Source of the DNA: Nostoc sp.
GTDB taxonomy: Bacteria; Cyanobacteriota; Cyanobacteriia; Cyanobacteriales; Nostocaceae
Direction: 5' to 3'
Length of the DNA stretch: 64,000 nucleotides
NCBI GenBank assembly: GCA_036918135.1
Contig: JBALDB010000002.1
Span: forward strand, 128,001-192,000
The notes beneath the pieces are model-generated. The model saw only the letters and a list, made by a program, of their open reading frames with translations, was not told the DNA's origin and did not search any database. The position numbers and the translations under genes are program-made. Below, piece after piece: positions 58,428-64,000 of this stretch. Position 1 is the first letter of the stretch, and each line of letters opens with the position of its first letter.

Positions 58428-59960
58428 CTATCTTGGGCGTCCAAATGTAGTGATATATAAAACAGCTTCATCAGCAGGAATACCCAAAACTTCATTTACT
58501 TGGTCATCAAAGAATCCACCGATACCGCTAACGCCTATATTTAGGTGCATTGCCGCTAAATTCAAGCGTTGTCCTAAATGACCGGCATCCATATGTAAAT
58601 AACGGTAAACACGATCGCCATACTGAGCGATCGCAGCTTTGAGATCCGCTGTATGGAACAGTACTGCTGCGGCATCCCGGCCTAATTCTTGCCCCAGGCA
58701 AAGAAAATATAACTCTCGCCGGAAATTTTTAAACCGAATTTGACGTAATTCTTGGGCTTTGGGTGCGTAATAATAACAGCCAGCCTCCAGTCCTTTGACA
58801 CCACAAACAGCAATGAATGTTTGTATTAAATTCAGGTCAAAGTAATCTGGAGAAATGTCTAAACTTTGGTCAATGTAATTTTGTGGTTGATAAGTGAAAT
58901 CGAGTAAGTTTTTTAGCTCATCGAAAGTTAAATCATCACCGTTGTATGCGCGGGTAGAACGTCGCTTGTACATAGCGATATCTAAATCTGATAGCTTTTC
59001 TCCCCAATATATAGGTGTAGTGCTGGTGGGAATTTTCAAACAGAAAGGAAAATTATATTTATCCTCCAAAGATTTTTCTTGTTTGATAGTTGGTAGATTG
59101 AGCTTGCCAGTTATACCTGGTTCAATCTGAGTGTGTTGATGGAAATATTTTAGTAGTTCTCCATCAGCGATTTGGGGATAACTGGTTTCGGTGGCAGAAG
59201 GTAGGGCAGTGCATCCTAATGGCAGATTTTGATTAATATCTAACAAGTCTGCCAGAGGTAAAATGGCGATCGCACCTTCGTGTTGTGGATCTATATAAAG
59301 CAAATCATTTACCGATTCATCCACAAAACCGCCGATTAAATGGGGGCGATAGTCAGCAATCGCACCAGCTAACTCGATATTACCCAGAAGATGTCCTGTA
59401 TCTAGAAAAATCCGACGATAAGCCCGGTCTTCATAGCGCCAAGCAGAACGATAGAAAACTGCTGTAACAATAATTGCTAGTTGGGTATTTTCTAGCGAAG
59501 GATGCCAGAAACAACCTGCTTGTAGGGTTTGCCAAACATTATTTTCCCAATAATGCATCAAGGAATGAGTCCGGCACTGGTAATTATACAGTCCTGCTGG
59601 CAATAACGACGTGCCACGAGAAACTAAATATACCTCCGCAGGGTACAACCCGCCAGCACTAGGAGCCGCACGTAAATACACTGCACTTCCCATAGAAGGC
59701 ATTCTCGCCGTTAGTCCATAGCTGCGGAACAGCAACCGCGACAGTCTTTGCCAGCGTTGAGCATCTGAATTATTAGCAAAAGCCTCTGGTTTTTCTTGAA
59801 TATAAGGTTTGAGATCGTAAGTAGAGCCAATTTTGTATTCTTTAAAAGGTACTGGCTGCTTAGCCCAGTCTAACCTTTGATTTTTTAAAGCGAGAGTCTC
59901 AGGATCGTATTTAGTCCGTTCGTGATAATGCTGAGCAATTGATTGGTGTAATTCTGGCAT
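58428..59960 (-). CDS. SagB/ThcOx-family FMN oxidoreductase (two nitroreductase-like domains)
   Basis: YHERTKY, RAAPSAGGLYPAE, WRYEDRAYR, RRSTR and YRYLHMDAGHLGQ motifs. Start at MPELHQ. Confidence 0.88.
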   Translation of the reverse strand: MPELHQSIAQHYHERTKYDPETLALKNQRLDWAKQPVPFKEYKIGSTYDLKPYIQEKPEAFANNSDAQRWQRLSRLLFRSYGLTARMPSMGSAVYLRAAPSAGGLYPAEVYLVSRGTSLLPAGLYNYQCRTHSLMHYWENNVWQTLQAGCFWHPSLENTQLAIIVTAVFYRSAWRYEDRAYRRIFLDTGHLLGNIELAGAIADYRPHLIGGFVDESVNDLLYIDPQHEGAIAILPLADLLDINQNLPLGCTALPSATETSYPQIADGELLKYFHQHTQIEPGITGKLNLPTIKQEKSLEDKYNFPFCLKIPTSTTPIYWGEKLSDLDIAMYKRRSTRAYNGDDLTFDELKNLLDFTYQPQNYIDQSLDISPDYFDLNLIQTFIAVCGVKGLEAGCYYYAPKAQELRQIRFKNFRRELYFLCLGQELGRDAAAVLFHTADLKAAIAQYGDRVYRYLHMDAGHLGQRLNLAAMHLNIGVSGIGGFFDDQVNEVLGIPADEAVLYITTFGRPR

Positions 59961-60134
59961 AGTACTTTTAATATCCTTGGACATCCTTACTTTTGATCTT
60001 GGCATTCATCAGTCTCATTATTTCGTGTCAATTAGTACAATCCTCAGACTTACAAAGTGGTAATTGGTAACTGAATTGGGAAAGTGGGGAGATAAGGGAA
60101 TCGGGGAGATAACACAGAGAAGGAGTTTGAGGTT

Positions 60135-60407
60135 TTGAAGCTCAACGTTGAACCTCTGAACTCGAACGTTGAACCTTTGAAGCTCAACGTTGAACCTCTG
60201 AACTCGAACGTTGAACCTCTGAACTCGAACGTTGAACCTTTGAAGCTCAACGTTGAACCTCTGAACTCGAACGTTGAACCTTTGAAGCTCAACGTTGAAC
60301 CTCTGAACTCGAACGTTGAACCTTTGAAGCTCAACGTTGAACCTTTGAAGCTCAACGTTGAACCTCTGAAGCTCAAAGTTGAACCTCTGAAGCTCAACAT
60401 TGAACCT
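60135..60407. repeat. Tandem array of 13 x 21 bp with two unit variants
   Basis: A = YTGAAGCTCAACGTTGAACCT, B = CTGAACTCGAACGTTGAACCT; order ABABBABABAAA'A''. Confidence 0.95.
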
Positions 60408-60535
60408 TTGAACTTGAAACTTTTAGTTTTAACTCTCCTCCATCCTCCCTCATCTCCCTCATCTCCCTTATCCCCCCACTCCCCTTTCGCTGTACGATAT
60501 AAACGCAAAGATATCTCTCCACAGGTGGATGTGCA

Positions 60536-61387
60536 ATGGTACCTGTTCGTGAAACTTTATTAAAACCTGATATCCAACTTTCTTATTTAGAGTGGAGCCA
60601 AGGTCGAGAACCTCTACTGTTGTTACATGGTTTAGGTGACCATGCTCTTGTGTGGTCTAATTTGGCAGAGCGCTTGGCAGCAGATTACCACATAGTTGCA
60701 CCAGATATGCGTGGACATGGCGAAACTAGTAAGCCAGAGAGAGATTATAGCTTTGAAAGTGCGATCGAAGATCTAGAAGCACTCATGGATCGTCTCGGAT
60801 GGACTTTTGCCCATATTGTTAGTCACTCTTGGACAGGCAAATTAGCCGTCATTTGGGCAAGACAAAACCCAAAGCGTTTACGAAGTATGATTTTAATCGA
60901 TCCAATTTTCATTTGGAAAATGCCTAACTTTTTCAGGCTAACTTTTCCGATGTTGTATCGCTTGTTGCCTTTTCTCAAAAGTATGGGCCCCTTTGCTAGT
61001 TACGAAGAAGCCGAACAACAAGCACGGCAATTAAAGCAATATCAAGGATGGAGTTCGCTACAGCAGCAAGTCTTCCAAGCAGGAATTGAACAAAAACTCG
61101 ATGGTAATTGGGGGAGCAAATTTACTATTGCCGCCCGCGACGGAATTTTTGAGGCAGTAATGCAAGTGCCTGGTTTTACAATACCCCTTGACACCCCTGC
61201 CCTCTTCATCCAGCCAGAACAAGGTCTCAACCGCCAAAATTGGCAAATTCAACCCTATAAGACTTATTTGAAAAACTTAGGCATTTGCCAAGTTCCTGGC
61301 AATCATTGGCCATTTTTGACACAATCAGAGCCATTTAACCAGACTGTAGCAGCTTTCTTGGCAAAACACAGCTCAAAAATCTCATGA
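60536..61387 (+). CDS. Alpha/beta hydrolase
   Basis: LLLHGL, APDMRGHGET, nucleophile elbow SHSWT and GNHW. Confidence 0.88.
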   Translation: MVPVRETLLKPDIQLSYLEWSQGREPLLLLHGLGDHALVWSNLAERLAADYHIVAPDMRGHGETSKPERDYSFESAIEDLEALMDRLGWTFAHIVSHSWTGKLAVIWARQNPKRLRSMILIDPIFIWKMPNFFRLTFPMLYRLLPFLKSMGPFASYEEAEQQARQLKQYQGWSSLQQQVFQAGIEQKLDGNWGSKFTIAARDGIFEAVMQVPGFTIPLDTPALFIQPEQGLNRQNWQIQPYKTYLKNLGICQVPGNHWPFLTQSEPFNQTVAAFLAKHSSKIS

Positions 61388-61443
61388 TTATTAGACGGGA
61401 TCATCCCACAGAAATAGAAGAATTAAGATGAGCGATGTCTAAG

Positions 61444-61580
61444 GATTGGGTACTGGGTATTGGGTAATGGGAAAGTATAGCTAAATATTTATTTTCTAGT
61501 CCCCAGTCCCAAGTCCCCAGCGATGCACTGAAGCTCACCCGAAGTGTCCCCAGTCCCAAATCCCTAGCCCCCACTCCCTA
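61444..61580. repeat. Inverted STRR-type heptamer arrays; the CCCCAGT array is interrupted by a ~27-bp insert
   Basis: GGATTGGGTACTGGGTATTGGGTAATGGG, then CCCCAGTCCCAAGTCCCCAG-[CGATGCACTGAAGCTCACCCGAAGTG]-TCCCCAGTCCC. Confidence 0.65.
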
Positions 61581-61583
61581 CTC

Positions 61584-63287
61584 ATGAGCCTTTGTATTAA
61601 TCCCCTTTGCCCGAAACCAAATCACCCAAATAATCATCAAAATCGTTTTTGTCAAAGTTGTGGTTCTCATCTGGAATTGCTAGGACGTTATCGGGTGAAG
61701 TGTCTGTTGAATGACGAAACAGGTTTTAGTAAAGTTTATGAGGCATACGAACAAAATACCCCTAAAATCCTCAAAATACTCAAAGAAGATTTATCAAGCG
61801 ATCCCGAAGCAGTAGAACTATTTCAGCAAGAGCTAACTGTCCTTCTAAAACTGAACCATCCTGGTATTCCCAAAGAAGATAGTTACTTCCAATATCAAAC
61901 CCGAAATGGTTTAGTATTGCATTGCATTGCAATGGAAAAAATCGATGGGTACAACTTAGAAGAATGGTTTGAGCAGCAGAATTGTCCCATTTCCCAAGAA
62001 CAAGCGATCGCCTGGTTAAAACAGTTGACAGAAATTTTAGGTTTAGTGCATGGCAAACAATACCTGCATCGAGATATTAAGCCATCCAATATCATGATTA
62101 AACCCGATGGGCAATTAGTAATTATTGATTTTGGCACCGCCTATAAAATCAGCAAAACATACCCAGACGAACTCAGCGACAGCCCTAGAATGACAGCACT
62201 TATGTCATCTGGTTACAGCGCCCCAGAACAAATGAATGGTCAAGGTGTACCACAATCAGATTTCTTTGCCTTGGGACGTACTTTTGTGTTTTTGCTCACA
62301 GGAAACCATCCCTTAGATATGTATGATGTCCAGCAAAATTTGTTGCACTGGCACAATCAGACCATCGATATCTCACCTTTACTATTAAATTTAATTGATT
62401 GGCTCATAGCAGCTGATGTAGAAAAGCGTCCCACCAATGCCCAGGAAATTTTGCAGCAATTAGAAGAAATTGAAAATCAACTAACAAGAAATAATACTTC
62501 TAATATCAATTTTATAAATGATTTTGAACCCGATCAGTTACTACCAATTACTCCAAGTTTGCTCAATTTAAATAGCCAGCCGTCAAAAGTGCCGCTACTC
62601 GGACTTTTTGCTGCATTGCTATTGGCTTTAGGATTACTTAGTATAATCGTTCTAGCGACGCAGACATCAAATAATTCTTTAATACCAAATTACGGACAAC
62701 TTCCCGAAAAAAAAGGCAATATTGATTATTTTCCTTATAAAGAAGGTAAAGATAGTCAGGGAAGAATTGCCAAATTTAACATAGCTGTTTTATCAGTACA
62801 ATATAAATGGGTTGTGGGAAGCAATTTTCAAATTAAACATAATGATGAAATTATTAGCCTTAACCTATTAAAGTTGAATTTAGAACAAGAAGGTATACAG
62901 AATATAATGGAAGATTCTGGTGAGATTATCTCTGTAGGTACAACTTCTTGTAAGGGAAATATAGATTTTCAACAACGTATAGCTTTAGAACGAGCCGTAC
63001 AAACACAGCTTTTAGTAAAACAAATATTTATTAATCAACCAAGTATCAAAGGCGATCGCTTATTAAACTTAGGTCAATTTCAACGAAGTGATTGTCAAGG
63101 CAATCACGATTTAACTACATATCAAAGAAGTATTATAATTATTGGTGTCAAAAAAGAATCAACAGATGTAAGTATAGATGAAGCTTTACGGAATAGGTTA
63201 GAAAAGAAGCCTTTTGCTGATTTTAAATTAGAAGATTATTCTCTGGGTTCAGTGGATAAATTTAAGACGATACCAAGTAATTTATAA
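61584..63287 (+). CDS. Membrane Ser/Thr protein kinase with N-terminal 4-Cys domain and C-terminal extracytoplasmic domain
   Basis: CINPLC...FCQSCG, HRDIKPSN, DFG, GYSAPEQ; one TM helix (LLGLFAALLLALGLLSIIVL). Confidence 0.93.
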   Translation: MSLCINPLCPKPNHPNNHQNRFCQSCGSHLELLGRYRVKCLLNDETGFSKVYEAYEQNTPKILKILKEDLSSDPEAVELFQQELTVLLKLNHPGIPKEDSYFQYQTRNGLVLHCIAMEKIDGYNLEEWFEQQNCPISQEQAIAWLKQLTEILGLVHGKQYLHRDIKPSNIMIKPDGQLVIIDFGTAYKISKTYPDELSDSPRMTALMSSGYSAPEQMNGQGVPQSDFFALGRTFVFLLTGNHPLDMYDVQQNLLHWHNQTIDISPLLLNLIDWLIAADVEKRPTNAQEILQQLEEIENQLTRNNTSNINFINDFEPDQLLPITPSLLNLNSQPSKVPLLGLFAALLLALGLLSIIVLATQTSNNSLIPNYGQLPEKKGNIDYFPYKEGKDSQGRIAKFNIAVLSVQYKWVVGSNFQIKHNDEIISLNLLKLNLEQEGIQNIMEDSGEIISVGTTSCKGNIDFQQRIALERAVQTQLLVKQIFINQPSIKGDRLLNLGQFQRSDCQGNHDLTTYQRSIIIIGVKKESTDVSIDEALRNRLEKKPFADFKLEDYSLGSVDKFKTIPSNL

Positions 63288-63760
63288 TATTTTTAGCAAA
63301 CGGCATCAGCGTCAATGCGTAGCACATTCTAGATATCTCCCCTTTATCGAAAAAATAGTACAGTCAGTAAATAGCAAACTTTTAAAAACCTACATAAAAA
63401 CAAAGGTTTTAGCCCTGCAAAAAAATAAGTCTAACAACTCTGATTAATAGCGATCGCCTGAACATCACCTAGCATTTATGCCTATTATGCTCATTTAGAC
63501 CTACTTTTAGCCGAAACAGGTCTTTAGCTCAAAAGAATAATATCGCAAGTGTTCTAACAAACTGACAAATAAAAAATATCTCCCTGTTGACAGTCATCAG
63601 TCATCAACTTCAAAAACCTCAAGCATTTTGCGCTTCTACTCGACCAGAAAACTGTTCGCTAATTAATTGGGTTTCTAGCTTTAAACCGCTTAGGATAGAT
63701 TTAATCGAAAATAATCTCATGCATCTGTCTTGATATATTTATCAAGGAGAAAGTCAAGCT

Positions 63761-64000
63761 ATGAATTACATTCAAAAAACTGTTGTCATCCTGGGAATAA
63801 CGAGTAGTGTATTGAGTGGAATACCTGTTGCTGTTCATGCTGCACAGCAACAACCAACGCGCATTCAACAAATAAATTTTCAACAATACTATAACCAGGG
63901 TGTGCAAAAGCTTGAGCAAGGCAATTTCTACGGCGCAATAGAGGATTTCAGTCGAGTAGTAGAGTTAAATCCTAGCTACTACGAAGGTTTCTGCTTGAGA
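63761..64000 (+). CDS. Secreted TPR protein (5' part; runs off window end)
   Basis: Hand translation MNYIQKTVVILG...AVHA-...YYNQGVQKLEQGNFYGAIEDFSRVVELNPSY; signal peptide plus TPR; AAGGAG RBS. Confidence 0.85.
   Translation, partial: MNYIQKTVVILGITSSVLSGIPVAVHAAQQQPTRIQQINFQQYYNQGVQKLEQGNFYGAIEDFSRVVELNPSYYEGFCLR

Noticed and set aside
58428..59960. Azole-RiPP biosynthetic cluster
   Set aside because: No YcaO, protease, transporter or credible precursor in the window; the SagB-type gene appears stand-alone.
60135..60407. CRISPR array
   Set aside because: Units are contiguous with no unique spacers, and no cas genes are present.
60135..60563. Track ORFs of 142 aa (+) and 152 aa (-) as genes
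   Set aside because: They are open only because the 21-bp unit lacks stops; no RBS or domain is evident. Kept only as a speculative note.
63701..63919. 72-aa minus-strand ORF
   Set aside because: Antisense to the TPR gene starting at 63761.

Overview
64-kb chromosomal window from a heterocyst-forming cyanobacterium, most likely Nostocaceae. The assignment rests on psbI, frequent HIP1 (GCGATCGC) sites, heptamer (STRR-like) repeats and AMIN-domain TonB receptors. Core genes (ldhA-like, aroQ, topA, rbp, metF, trpS, glgP, psbI, an LptD-like DUF3769 gene, a cyanobacteriochrome kinase pair, a SagB-type oxidase, a Ser/Thr kinase) flank an accessory block at about 20.4-42.9 kb. That block holds (i) an AraC-TBDT-PepSY-TBDT-TBDT' iron-uptake array with a duplicated promoter cassette and deletion scars, and (ii) a PEP-CTERM protein gene converging on a GT-C/GtrA/GtrB glycosylation cassette with an aminosugar transaminase and two methyltransferases. 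Features absent from, or only partly covered by, the ORF track were read by hand: a 5' sulfite-oxidase gene, tRNA-Ser(CGA), a 45-aa small protein, psbI, a 3' TPR gene, and a decayed three-gene DUF6745 locus. The most notable non-genic signals are two tandem candidate sRNA units, Yfr1-complementary sites on envelope genes, a HIP1-bounded in-frame 90-bp insertion, nested tiny repeat elements, and a two-variant 21-bp tandem array. No CRISPR array, rRNA or intact transposase was seen. Family names come from motif recognition only; no searches were run.
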